From positions 246,140,001 to 246,204,000 of the forward strand of contig OZ024742.1 of the NCBI GenBank assembly GCA_964016885.1: DNA of 64,000 nt. The letters are read 5' to 3'. The translations under genes were made by a program, and so were the position numbers. The stretch is from Eledone cirrhosa (lineage: Eukaryota). The notes under the pieces were generated by a model. The model did no database searches. It saw only the letters and a list, made by a program, of their open reading frames with translations, and was not told the origin of the DNA. Shown piece by piece: positions 12,532 through 25,094 of the stretch; within the stretch, counting starts at the first letter, position 1, and every line of letters begins with the position of its first letter.

Positions 12532-12958
12532 GGCGGTACTCAGTAATAGAGAAGACCCACCTTACCTAAATACAAAGTAAAACCTACTACAGTCAGTAGG
12601 CATCTCTAACAAAATACACCCCTGTCCCACCACCCCCACCCCATCCACACCGCCCCTTTCAATGTAAAGTTATGTTGGTGCCACAGCATCCAGGCCGAAA
12701 CAAATGAGATCGTGTAGGTGTCACGACAAAAAAACACACAGTTTATGCTGTAATGTGGCCGTGTAGGCAACACGGTAAAAACCTCCCAGCCCCACACTGT
12801 AAATGTGGTTGGTGTTAGGAAGAGCATCCAGCTGTAGAAAACCTGCCAGACAGTCCTATGCGAGCAATGACAACCACTCTTGCCTCAAGTGGGAAAACTC
12901 CCGTCCAAACCCATGCAAGCGTGGAACATGGACGTTAAACGATGATGATGATGATGAT
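12531..12958 (+). mobile_element. RTE LINE 3'-end fragment
   Basis: ORF end ([12 protein letters not shown]), 3' UTR and (GAT)n tail, embedded in TA arrays. Confidence 0.9.
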
Positions 12959-12966
12959 ATATATAT

Positions 12967-13015
<49 letters not shown>

Positions 13016-13024
13016 TAAAAATAT

Positions 13025-13081
<57 letters not shown>

Positions 13082-13100
13082 AATATATATAAATATATAT

Positions 13101-16100
13101 ATCATCATCATCATCATCATCATCAACGTTTAACATCCGTGTTCCACGCTTGCATGGGTTTGGACGGGGGTAGTCCCACTTGAGGCAAGAGTGATTGTCT
13201 TGCTCGCATAGGACTGTCTGGCAGGTTTTCTACAGTTGGATGCCCTTCCTAACACCAACCACATTTAGAGTGTGGGTCTGGGAGGTTTTTACCGTGTTGC
13301 CTACACGGCCACATTACAGCGTGGACTGTGTGTTTTTTTGTCGTGACACCTACACGATCTCATTTGTTTCGGCCTCGATGGCGCGGCACCAACATAACTT
13401 TACATAGAACGGGGTGGTGTGGATCGGGTGGGGGTGGTGGTGGTGGGACGGGGTGTATTTTGTTAGAGATGCCTACTGGCTGGAGTAGGTTTTACTATAT
13501 ATTTAGGTAAGGCGGGTCTTCTCTGTTACTGAGTACCGCCAAAGGTCTCGGTCCAGTGACATTGTCTTGGAGAGGTGTAAGTGTGTGATGACGGAGTTTA
13601 TCAGCTCGTCCTAGGTTTTTCTAGGTCTGCCTATTCCGTGACTACCGTCTATCTTTATTGCCCTGCACTTTGTTATACAGCTATCGACTTTCATGCGCAT
13701 CACGTGTCCATACCAACGTAGCCTTCTCTCGAGTAAACAACATCTGATCCCTCTTATCTCTAATTTTTTCCTTAGTTCGTTTATGCTTTGCCGTTCACGT
13801 ATATTACTGTTACACATCCAGCGGAGCATGCAAGCTTCGTTCCTCTCTAGTCTGCGTATATCCTCTGCACACAATGCCCAGGTCTCACTGCCATGCAGCA
13901 TTGCTGTTCGTATGCAGGCATCGTACAACCTGCCTTTCATTTTTAGTGAGAACCCTTTAGCAGCTAATAGTGGTATAAGCTCTCTGAACTTTTTCCAACC
14001 AGTTCTGACTCTAGCTACAGTACTTTCAGAGCACCCTCCCCCACTGCTGATTTTATCGCCCAGGTAACGGAAGCTGTCCACTATTTCTATAGAACCCTCT
14101 GCGCAATTGAAAGAGCTAGTAGTTTGTGGGCACTTGCTGCTACTTATTGCACCAGAGCACCGGCCACATGTAAAATCTATGTTCTTAGTTAGCTTACCTG
14201 TGATCCCACTACATCTTTTATGCACCCATACTTTGCATTTAGGACATAAAATGGAGTTTCTACCTACGCCTTTCCTACACACCGAGCACGACCATTTCCC
14301 AGAAGGGACCGCCGCCTTGTTTTCTTTCCTACAAACTAGTACTTTGGTCTTAGCCAGGTTAATTTTAAGTCCTTTTGACTCTAGGCCGTGCTTCCATGTT
14401 TGGAATTTCTTCTCTAGCTCGGCCATTGATTCCGCTATGAGTGTCAGGTCGTCTGCGTATAGGAGTTCCCATGGGCAGCCTGTCTTGAACTCCTCTGTTA
14501 TAGCCTGAAGGGCAATAATAAATAGTAGTGGACTGAGAACAGAGCCCTGATGGACGCCAACTTTTACGCTAAACTCTTCACTATATTCGTTGTTAATTCT
14601 AACCTTGCTGACTGTTTCTTTATACATGGCTTGTATAGCCCTCACAAGCCATTCGTCAACGCCTAGTTTTCTAAGAGCCCACCAGATAATGGAGCGGGGG
14701 ACTCTGTCGAAGGCTTTCTCCAAGTCGACAAAAGCTAAGTAGAGGGGTTTACCTTTAGCTAGGTACTTCTCCTGTAGTTGTCGTACTATGAAAAGAGCGT
14801 CTGTGGTACTTTTGCCTGACACAAACCCGAACTGCATTTCATCTAGGTCAATTCTCTCTCTGATTAGTTGCGCTATTACTCTTTCCGTGACCTTCATGAC
14901 CTGGTCGATTAATTTAATGCCTCTATAGTTACTCCTATCTAGGGCGTCTCCTTTACCCTTATAACAGTTAACGATGATGCTGCTATGCCAGTCCTTCGGA
15001 ACAACCCCATTCTGTACGACTTGGTTAACTATGCGGGTGACCATGGTGTGTCCCACCGTGCCAGATGCCTTCAGCATCTCAGCAACTATTTCCGAAGGCC
15101 CAGCCGCCTTACCAGTCTTCATATCCTTGATTGCCTTACTTATTATACTCCCCTCGACTAACACTGCTGGTCCCTCTATTGGGTCGATATGGGGGAGACT
15201 GCCTTTCTCCCAATTATTCTCCTCATTTAGAAGCCTTTCATAGTGACACTTCCAAGCTACCTTCTTATCAGCGTCGGTGATGGCAAGTGTGCCATCGTCG
15301 TTTAGTACACACTTCTCCCCGACAATATCACGGTTTTCCTTGACGCATTGCCTAGCAATCCTGAACACCTCACGTTTTTGGTCATCGCGTTGTAGAACAT
15401 GCTTGAACTTTCTTTCCTCAGCTTCCCTTCTTGCTAAGTACACTTGTCTCCTAGCTTCCCTCCTGGCCACTTGATAGTCCTCTCTACTTCCCCCATCCCG
15501 CCATACTTTCCAAGCCTGCTTTTTGGCCTTAATTGACCCCTCCACCTTACTGTTCCACCACCATGTTACTCTCCTCCTGCCTACAGGCCTGCTCCAGCCA
15601 CAGACCTCGTCTGTCGCCAACAGCAGGTTTGCTTTCAGAAATTCCCACTCTCCCTCTATATTGTCCGACTCTAAATGTTCTTCCTTACTGTCGAAAGCAT
15701 CAAGTAATATGCTTTGAAATTTATTCCTGGCTGTGGGGTCCTTTAGCTTCCATATTTTCCTCCTGAGGATAGTCCTCTTCTGTTGTCGAGTACGTCTCGT
15801 CCTGACTATGAGGTCGCTAATTATCAGTCTATGTTGGGAGGTGCATTCTTCATGGGGGAGGGATTTAGTGTTAACAACAGACACTCTGTCACGTCTTCTG
15901 GTAAGGATATAATCTACCTGGCTTGTGTGTTCCCCGGATCTATAGGTGATCAGGTGATTGTCACGTTTTTTGAAGTTAGTGTTACAGATAGTTAGGTTAT
16001 TTGCATCACAGAATTCCAGGATTCTGGAGCCTTCCTCATTTCTAGTACCAAACCCATAGCCTCCATGGATTTCGTCGTAGCCGTCACAATGTTGTCCAAC

Positions 16101-16693
16101 GTGACCATTTAGGTCGCCTGCGATAATTATATAGTCACTGTCGGATATTTGGGAGGTAGTTAGCATCAGTGTCTCATAGAATCTGTCTTTTATAGTGCCG
16201 GGCAGTCCGGATTGGGGTGCGTACGCAGATATTACTGTCACCGTAGTTCTATTGAGGACAAGTCGTATTTTAATTATTCTGTCGTTCACTCTATTTACGT
16301 CTATTATCTTATCTGCCCACTTTTCTGCTACCATGATTCCTACTCCACCCAGCCCATCGTCGTTTCCCACCCAGAAAAGCTTATAACATCGTTTTTTACC
16401 CTCAATGAACCTAGCAGACCCACCCCTCCACCTGGTCTCTTGAATACAACAAACATCGACCTCCTTACGTTCAAGCATTTCTACAACCTCGTTAGCGCGA
16501 CCCTTTAGGGTGCCTACATTTATGGTACCAACTCTGAAGTTTTGGATTGCGTTTGGGGGTTGGGGGCGGTGAGGGGCGGGGGGCGATGGCGTTATGTTAG
16601 CCGTCCGCGGTCGAAACAATGAGGAGTGCTCGCATTCTCGTCCAAGGGGTGAATTTGTCTTTATCTTTGGCATTGTCGCTGAGCGTCCAGATT
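13101..16693 (-). mobile_element. Near full-length RTE-clade LINE
   Basis: Single long ORF, ~390-bp 3' UTR, (GAT)n tail, only ~20 bp upstream of the ATG; TA/TAAA arrays on both sides. Confidence 0.95.
13611..16673 (-). CDS. RTE ORF: APE endonuclease + reverse transcriptase + PHD-like finger, 1020 aa, ending at a premature TAG
   Basis: GTINVGTL, IQETRW, SAYAP, AGDLNGH, VDYIL and SQHRL (APE); FVDLEKAFD, GVHQGSVLSP, LLYADD and FRYLG (RT). Sister copies read KTWDELIN where this copy reads KT*DELIN. Confidence 0.93.
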   Translation of the reverse strand: MPKIKTNSPLGRECEHSSLFRPRTANITPSPPAPHRPQPPNAIQNFRVGTINVGTLKGRANEVVEMLERKEVDVCCIQETRWRGGSARFIEGKKRCYKLFWVGNDDGLGGVGIMVAEKWADKIIDVNRVNDRIIKIRLVLNRTTVTVISAYAPQSGLPGTIKDRFYETLMLTTSQISDSDYIIIAGDLNGHVGQHCDGYDEIHGGYGFGTRNEEGSRILEFCDANNLTICNTNFKKRDNHLITYRSGEHTSQVDYILTRRRDRVSVVNTKSLPHEECTSQHRLIISDLIVRTRRTRQQKRTILRRKIWKLKDPTARNKFQSILLDAFDSKEEHLESDNIEGEWEFLKANLLLATDEVCGWSRPVGRRRVTWWWNSKVEGSIKAKKQAWKVWRDGGSREDYQVARREARRQVYLARREAEERKFKHVLQRDDQKREVFRIARQCVKENRDIVGEKCVLNDDGTLAITDADKKVAWKCHYERLLNEENNWEKGSLPHIDPIEGPAVLVEGSIISKAIKDMKTGKAAGPSEIVAEMLKASGTVGHTMVTRIVNQVVQNGVVPKDWHSSIIVNCYKGKGDALDRSNYRGIKLIDQVMKVTERVIAQLIRERIDLDEMQFGFVSGKSTTDALFIVRQLQEKYLAKGKPLYLAFVDLEKAFDRVPRSIIWWALRKLGVDEWLVRAIQAMYKETVSKVRINNEYSEEFSVKVGVHQGSVLSPLLFIIALQAITEEFKTGCPWELLYADDLTLIAESMAELEKKFQTWKHGLESKGLKINLAKTKVLVCRKENKAAVPSGKWSCSVCRKGVGRNSILCPKCKVWVHKRCSGITGKLTKNIDFTCGRCSGAISSSKCPQTTSSFNCAEGSIEIVDSFRYLGDKISSGGGCSESTVARVRTGWKKFRELIPLLAAKGFSLKMKGRLYDACIRTAMLHGSETWALCAEDIRRLERNEACMLRWMCNSNIRERQSINELRKKLEIRGIRCCLLERRLRWYGHVMRMKVDSCITKCRAIKIDGSHGIGRPRKT

Positions 16694-17563
<870 letters not shown>

Positions 17564-17711
17564 GATTTTGAGTTTATGTTGGTTGTATACCAACACCTCA
17601 GTATGCAGGCTGGAGCACTCGACGAAGTGCGCAGGTTGGTTTGGTTACTCCGGAGTAGTGTAAAATAAAGTTAAATAAAAGTCAAATGATTAAAATTTAG
17701 CTTCGTTTATT

Positions 17712-17766
17712 ACTGCTATATATATTTCAGTGACAGCCATCTTTGGCTGTGACCTCTTCAGGCAGT
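17712..17766 (-). ncRNA. Hammerhead ribozyme in left inverted pLTR
   Basis: Minus strand reads ACTGC CTGAAGA GGT-C-ACAGCCA-aaga-TGGCTGT-C-ACT GAA ATATATAT A GCAGT. Confidence 0.8.
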
Positions 17767-17836
17767 TTGAATTAGTATGGTATAGACAAGTACATATGTT
17801 GTAACACATAATGTTGTAACACATAATGTTGTAACA

Positions 17837-18307
17837 CATAATGAGAACCCTAATCTAAGCACGCAGAGGCCGCCCACCCTCTGCAACTGTAGAAACCCCG
17901 AATCATGCCCCCTTGGTAATGAATGTCTCAAGAAGAACATAGTGTACGGTTGTAGGGTTAAAACCCCCAACTCCGAACACCTCTACATAGGAGCCACATC
18001 AACGAGCTTTAAGGACCGCTGGTACAACCATCGCCATTCATTCAAGAAGGAGGCCAAAAGGAAAAGCACAGCTCTCTCCGACCTGATCTGGAAGCTTAAG
18101 CTGGACAGGACCCCATACTCTCTGGCCTGGTACATAATCAGGAAAGTACCACCCGATAAAGGGGGATCTTGCATATGCAAACTATGCCTGAACGAGACCC
18201 TCGAGATACTAAGAGGTGGAAGCGGCCTGATAAACCTCAGAACCGACTTCTTCGGGACATGCAGACACCTTAGAGCCGGGACCTTTCTCAAAATATATGG
18301 ACAGTAG
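17837..18307 (+). pseudogene. PLE GIY-YIG endonuclease domain (RT missing)
   Basis: Open frame HN..CNCRNPESCPLGNECLKKNIVYG..LYIGAT..FKDRWYNH..KSTALS..IW..CKLCLNE..LINLR..CRH. The CNC-x5-CP linker and CxLC/CRH pattern match my recollection of Naiad-type PLEs. Confidence 0.8.
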
Positions 18308-19500
18308 CAACACAAGAAGATGTGAACTCCCCTCAAGCTATAGGGACTTCTACAGAACATGAAAACACCTCTCGGCCAGACCTCCCTCAAGCTATATGGA
18401 CAATTACAACACCCTAGGTTGTGAACTCCCCTCAAGCCATAGGGAACAACCCAGGCGGAGCAGACACCATGATAGCCTAGAGACAGAATCGGACACAGCC
18501 ATAATAATCTGGCCAACATCTATAACACAAACACTTTTAATTTACCAGATTTCTGACTTTAAAGTTCCAATCTTAAATCTTGATTTCTCTATATTAATTT
18601 GTTATTTGTTTTCTGCCCTCTTCACTGTATAACCTTATATTTATATTTATTTTAAGTTGAGATAGATTATAACACAAACACATTGAATATCTCATCTTAA
18701 CATCTTGTATCATACCAATCTATCCAACATATTCTGACCTTGAGATTGGTTATAGCACACACACACACACACTTTATCCTACATTATTTCTCACTTCTCC
18801 ATATACATTATCATTACTTTTTCACCAATCTCTCATTTACTCTTTATTCTTTATTCTCTATTTATTTATTTATTTTCAAATTACACAAATTATATTAATT
18901 ATTTTATTTTATTATATTATTTATTTATCTTGTTTTCTTCATTTATTGCCTTATATTTCTTCATATACATGAAATAACCCCCCCCCCCCCTCGCCACCAC
19001 CACTACGATGGTGGCGGGTGGGATGAAGAGAAAACACAAACTGAATACTTCTAAATTGTTAGCAGCAGCAAGATATAAGCTGACCACTACAACAACAACA
19101 GTACCAAAATAATGGTGGAGGTCAAATGTACTGAACAATAGCAGGCATAAACACTACAGGGAGCCTCACCCCAGAAAGAATTCTATAGACTTCTGACTGA
19201 GGAATGCTCTCAGAACTGAACAATGGGAAGTTTGACACATTTTTTGATATTTTGTTCCTTCAACACCTTGTCCCTTCTACCATTTTATCAATTTTTAAGA
19301 TAACTCCAACAATGACAACACTAATAACTGACCAATGAGAGGAGAAGGGGACCTGTGACACTAAAATTCGTTTGTTTGAATTCATATGACTCCAGTTCCC
19401 CAGTGAATTAACAACCCAACAAGGAACTGGGCATATCAGAGTATTGACAATATCATACACCTAAACAACATATGTACTTGTCTATACCATACTAATTCAA

Positions 19501-19555
19501 ACTGCCTGAAGAGGCCACAGCCAAAGATGGCTGTCACTGAAATATATATAGCAGT
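19501..19555 (+). ncRNA. Hammerhead ribozyme in right pLTR
   Basis: Same as 17712-17766 except for one stem II substitution (GGC for GGT). Confidence 0.75.
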
Positions 19556-19603
19556 AATAAACGAAGCTAAATTTTAATCATTTGACTTTTATTTAACTTT
19601 ATT

Positions 19604-20107
<504 letters not shown>

Positions 20108-20238
20108 GCAAAAGTTTTATTTAAAATTGTTGGGTTACAACGAGTAAATATTTTATAACTGATATAAAAGCACTCAACAAGTTTTGGAGTAGGTTTACGA
20201 TATTAAACAAATGGAAACTATATTTATAAAACCATATT

Positions 20239-20304
20239 TATTTTATTATATATATTTCAGGGATATCATATTAAAAATATGGTATGCCTTTCTCAGACAA
20301 AATA
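20239..20304 (-). ncRNA. Hammerhead motif with mutated core (CTGAGAA)
   Basis: Inverted copy of 21693-21758 with a G-to-A change in the CUGANGA core; probably inactive. Confidence 0.55.
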
Positions 20305-21692
20305 CAATATAAACCGTTTTATAAATAAATTTGACATACCTTAAACATTACAACTTCCATTTAAAAAGTTGATTTGGTAGTGAAAATGTTAAGGACAGTT
20401 AGAAAGAAAAATTTTTTTGAATGATTTCTGCTAAATAAGTTTTGTTGAATAATTTTGGTTCTGTTTGCTTTTGATTCTGATTGCTTCTAATGAACTTGAC
20501 AATATATTGTCAAATAAATTGGAAGGGTGGTTTTCTGTGGTTGATATGCGTGGCATACTATGTTTTCTTACGTCCCTAGATACTCTGGGGAGTGATGAAA
20601 ATATTCTTGGCGTTTTTAATATATTGATATCTGTTGTCTATTCTATGCCTGAACGATAATCATGTAAGTGAGGGCAAGAATATTATTATTAATATTAATG
20701 TATATTTTATGTCTATATATATATGTATGGTGGAATTTTTTGTAACGCAATGGAGATTTTCATGAAAAATAAGAATTTACAGAGCCGATCACGTAAATTC
20801 ACATGTGTGTCTATAATTGTCAACTTGAATTTGAGATAACCTTCTCTTTTCTCTTTTTCTTTTTTCATGAAAATACATATATACTTATGTGTTTCAGTAT
20901 TTTTGAAGTTTTATCTCAGATTTTGATTATAAACCTAAGAATTTTTAAAACTAAACATAGGGTCATTATTTTTTCATTTTTTCACACATTATTGATATGT
21001 GTCTCATTCATGAATATTGATATTTACATTATAATACCTAATTCATATGAATTGATAATTCAAATGGATGAAACATAATATTTTAAATCTATCATCTTTC
21101 TTTCTGAATATATCTATTTTCTTCTCCTCCTCCCTCTACACTTGACGTGATTTATGTATCGGCTGATTTAACTGTATCTCTCCCACCTCGTATGAGAGAT
21201 ATTACTCGATCTACCTCTTTTCTCCCATCACCTATATCTCTCTATACCTCTCTTTATTTATTTTTATTTTTATTTTTATTTCTCTCCGTATCCTTAACAC
21301 TATAACTAAATAAATAAATAAATAAATAATTACAGTACCCCCTTCCCTCCTTAATCTCTCATTTGTATGTTGATCATCTGTGCCCAAGCTGCCTATCATT
21401 TCTCACTTCCTCAATATATTTCTCTCTCCCATATCTCTTTCTCTATCTCGCTCTGTTGTTTTTTCTTTACATACATTTCTTCATCTTCTTCGTCTTCCTC
21501 TCTAACTGTCCTTAGCACTATACACTTTCTTTCTTCTTCTCTTCATCCTTAGCACTATACACTTTCCTTCTTTTTTCTCTTCGTCTTTCTTTCTAACTGT
21601 CCTTAACATTTTCACTACCAAATCAACTTTTTAAATGGAAGTTGTAATGTTTAAGGTATGTCAAATTTATTTATAAAACGGTTTATATATTG

Positions 21693-21758
21693 TATTTTGT
21701 CTGAGGAAGGCATACCATATTTTTAATATGATATCCCTGAAATATATATAATGAAATA
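21693..21758 (+). ncRNA. Hammerhead ribozyme
   Basis: TATTTTGT CTGAGGA AGG-C-ATACCATAT-tttta-ATATGATAT-C-CCT GAA ATATATAT A ATGAAATA. Confidence 0.75.
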
Positions 21759-22027
21759 AATATGGTTTTATAAATATAGTTTCCATTTGTTTAATATCGT
21801 ATATATAAATATATATATTTTCAATCACAGATATTTTTTATTTGTTTGACCCGAATTACTTGATCATTTATTTGGCTATGCAAATGATTGTTTAACCATC
21901 GTCTCAGTGTGATTAGCCTTTAACGCATGTTATAGCTCTGGTTCATCTGAATCATTGAGTACTTGCCACACATCTCGGAGGTTGTTTTTCATTATTTCGT
22001 GGGCCGAAATGCGATTCTCGATAATTT

Positions 22028-22051
22028 ATATTTATATAAATATATATATAA

Positions 22052-22120
<69 letters not shown>

Positions 22121-22253
22121 AATATAAATATATAAATATATAAATATAAATATATAAATATATATATAAATATATATATAAATATATATATAAATATATA
22201 AATATATATATATATATATATAAATATATAAATATATATATATAAATATATAA

Positions 22254-22286
<33 letters not shown>

Positions 22287-22295
22287 AATATTTAA

Positions 22296-22328
<33 letters not shown>

Positions 22329-22415
22329 AATATTTAAATATATATATAAATATATATATATATATAAATATTTATATAAATATATAAATATATAAATATT
22401 TATATAAATATATAA

Positions 22416-22448
<33 letters not shown>

Positions 22449-22449
22449 A

Positions 22450-22482
<33 letters not shown>

Positions 22483-22487
22483 AATAT

Positions 22488-22571
<84 letters not shown>
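22028..22571. repeat. (TA)n/TAAA array
   Basis: Direct inspection. Confidence 0.97.
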
Positions 22572-22572
<1 letters not shown>

Positions 22573-22993
22573 GAGAAGACCCGCCTTACCTAAATACATA
22601 GTAAAACCTACTACAGCCAGTAGGTATCTCTAACGAAATCCCCCCCCCCCCCGTCCCACCACCCCCACCCCATCCACACCACCCCGTTCTATGTAAAGTT
22701 ATGTTGGTGCCACACCATCCAGGCCGAAACAAATGAGATCGTGTAGGTGTCACGACAAAAAAACACACAGTCCACACTGTAATGTGGCCGTGTAGGCAAC
22801 ACGGTAAAAACCTCCCAGACCCACACTGTAAATGTGGTTGGTGTTAGGAAGGGCATCCAACTGTAGAAAACCTGCCAGACAGTCCTATGCGAGCAAGACA
22901 ATCACTCTTGCCTCAAGTGGGACTACCCCCGTCCAAACCCATGCAAGCGTGGAACACGGACGTTAAACGTTGATGATGATGATGATGATGATG
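22572..22993 (+). mobile_element. RTE LINE 3'-end fragment
   Basis: 3' UTR and GAT tail inside a TA array. Confidence 0.9.
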
Positions 22994-23024
22994 ATATATA
23001 TATATATTTATATATATATTTATA

Positions 23025-23063
<39 letters not shown>

Positions 23064-23076
23064 TTATATATATATT

Positions 23077-23109
<33 letters not shown>

Positions 23110-23239
23110 TTATATATTTATATATATATATTTATATATTTATATATATATATTTATTTATTTATATATATATATTTATATATTTATATATATATATTTA
23201 TATATTTATATATATATATATATATATTTATATATTTAT

Positions 23240-23884
23240 ATCATCATCATCATCATCATCATCAGGTTTAGCGTCCGTGTTCCACGCTTGCATGGGTTTG
23301 GACGGGGGTTTTCCCACTTGAGGCAAGAGTGGTTGTCTTGCTCGCATAGGACTGTCTGGCGGGTTTTCTACAGTTGGATGCCCTTCCTAACACCAACCAC
23401 ATTTACAGTGTGGGGCTGGGAGGTTTTTACCGTGTTGCCTACACGGCCACATTTACAGCGTGGACTGTGTGTTTTTTTGTCGTGACACCTACACGATCTC
23501 ATTTGTTTCGGCCTGGATGTTGTGGGACCAACATAACTGTACATTGAAAGGGGCGGTGTGGATGGGGTGGAGGTGGTGGGACGGGGGGGGGGGGGTTGAT
23601 AGAGATGCCTACTGACTGTAGTAGGTTTTTACTTTGTATTTAGGTAAGGTAAGGCGGGTCTTCTCTATTACTGAGTACCGCCAAAGGTCTCGGTCCAGTG
23701 ACATTGTCTTGGAGAGGTGTAAGCGTGTGAGGTCGGAATTTATCAGCTCGTCCCATGTTTTTCTGGGTCTGCCTACTCCGTGGCTACCGTCTATCTTTAT
23801 TGCCCTGCACTTTGTTATACAGCTGTCGTCTTTCATGCGCATCACGTGACCGTACCAACGTAGCCTTCTCTCGAGTAAACAACA
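23240..23884 (-). mobile_element. RTE LINE 3' fragment, tail-to-tail with 22572-22993
   Basis: ORF 23609..23845 matches the family C-terminus; (CAT)n on the plus strand at 23240-23262. Confidence 0.9.
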
Positions 23885-24740
23885 TATTTATATATATATA
23901 TTTATATATATATATATATATATTTGATTTATTGATTTATTGATATTTTTTCTGAGTGTCCCGAATCTTCCAGATTGCAATTTTTCGGTCGTACGGTTGA
24001 TTATAGACTTGTTCTATGTGTGACGGTATTTTAACGATAGTTATAGCTCTGATTTATCTGAATTATTGAGCCCTCTGCCGCTCATTTCGAATTTTGTTTA
24101 TCGTGAACTCGTGCGCCGATTTTTCGATACTCGATTATTCTACTATATATATATATATATATAAATATATATATATAAATATAATTGAACTCACAACCTT
24201 TCGATTGCAAGGCTCTAACCACTAAGCCATGTGCCTATATATATATATATATGTCAGACCGAGTGATGTGTTGTTTCCTTGAGCAAGACACTTTATTTCA
24301 CATTGCTCCAGTTTACTCAGCTGTAGAAATGAGATGATAGGGACTGGGGTCCATATCATTCCACTGTAAAGTGGTCATGGAGGTGCCATGACAAAAAAGC
24401 ACCCAGCCTACACTGTAAAGTGGACATGTAGGTGCCATGACAAAAAAGCACCCAGCACTCACTGTAAATGAGGTTGGTGTTAGGAAGGGCATCCAGCTGT
24501 AGAAATCAAGCCAGAATCAGTTCCCGTCCCACCTTTGCAAGCAAGGAAAAAAACGGACGTAAAATGAAATGAAATATATATATATGTATATATATATGTA
24601 TATATATATGTTGCAAGAAGTGACTAAAATCGTTAGTGTCAGGAAGGCCATCCAACTGTAAAACTGTGGTACCTAGGGCAAGTGTGTTCTTTAGCCATGG
24701 GTTAATTGATGCCTTTTGAGTAGAACTTAGTAGGTATCAC

Positions 24741-24805
<65 letters not shown>

Positions 24806-25094
24806 CGTGTGCGTGCATTTGTGTGTATGTGAAAAAGTAAAATATTACATAAAAATAAGAAACCCATAAAACCTCACAAAAGTGGAAGATGGTCACTCAA
24901 AGTGGAGCCAGGAGTACTAAAATCGTGGCTACCCTTTTCCCTGAGAATATGCTCTCTCTCAATGCTGACCTCCATTTGGAACCGCTTGAGTGAACAATCT
25001 AATTCACAATAATTCTATGGGAGTTTTGGAATAAGCATATCACAGTAAATCTTTCTAAATCTGAGAGTGTACCATTGAAAAGTAGAGTGGCTAT

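Larger units (their letters stand above)
17565..19603 (+). mobile_element. Penelope-like element (Naiad-like GIY-YIG), 5'-truncated, with inverted pseudo-LTRs
   Basis: 139-bp inverted repeats at 17664-17802 and 19465-19603, each with a hammerhead; internal GIY-YIG ORF; TA arrays on both sides. Confidence 0.85.
20110..21801. mobile_element. Second PLE remnant with ~215-bp inverted pseudo-LTRs
   Basis: Inverted repeats at 20196-20409 and 21586-21801 contain hammerhead motifs; a decayed minus-strand LEAIRIK-like segment lies near 20470-20500; TA flanks. Confidence 0.72.

Noticed and set aside
13693-16508. Plus-strand ORFs antisense to the RTE ORF
   Set aside because: Shadow ORFs; they recur only because the element is repeated.
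17837-19460. Selenoprotein-type Naiad (in-frame UGA plus SECIS)
   Set aside because: All visible Cys codons in the GIY-YIG region are TGC/TGT and I found no convincing SECIS downstream; a SECISearch run would settle it.
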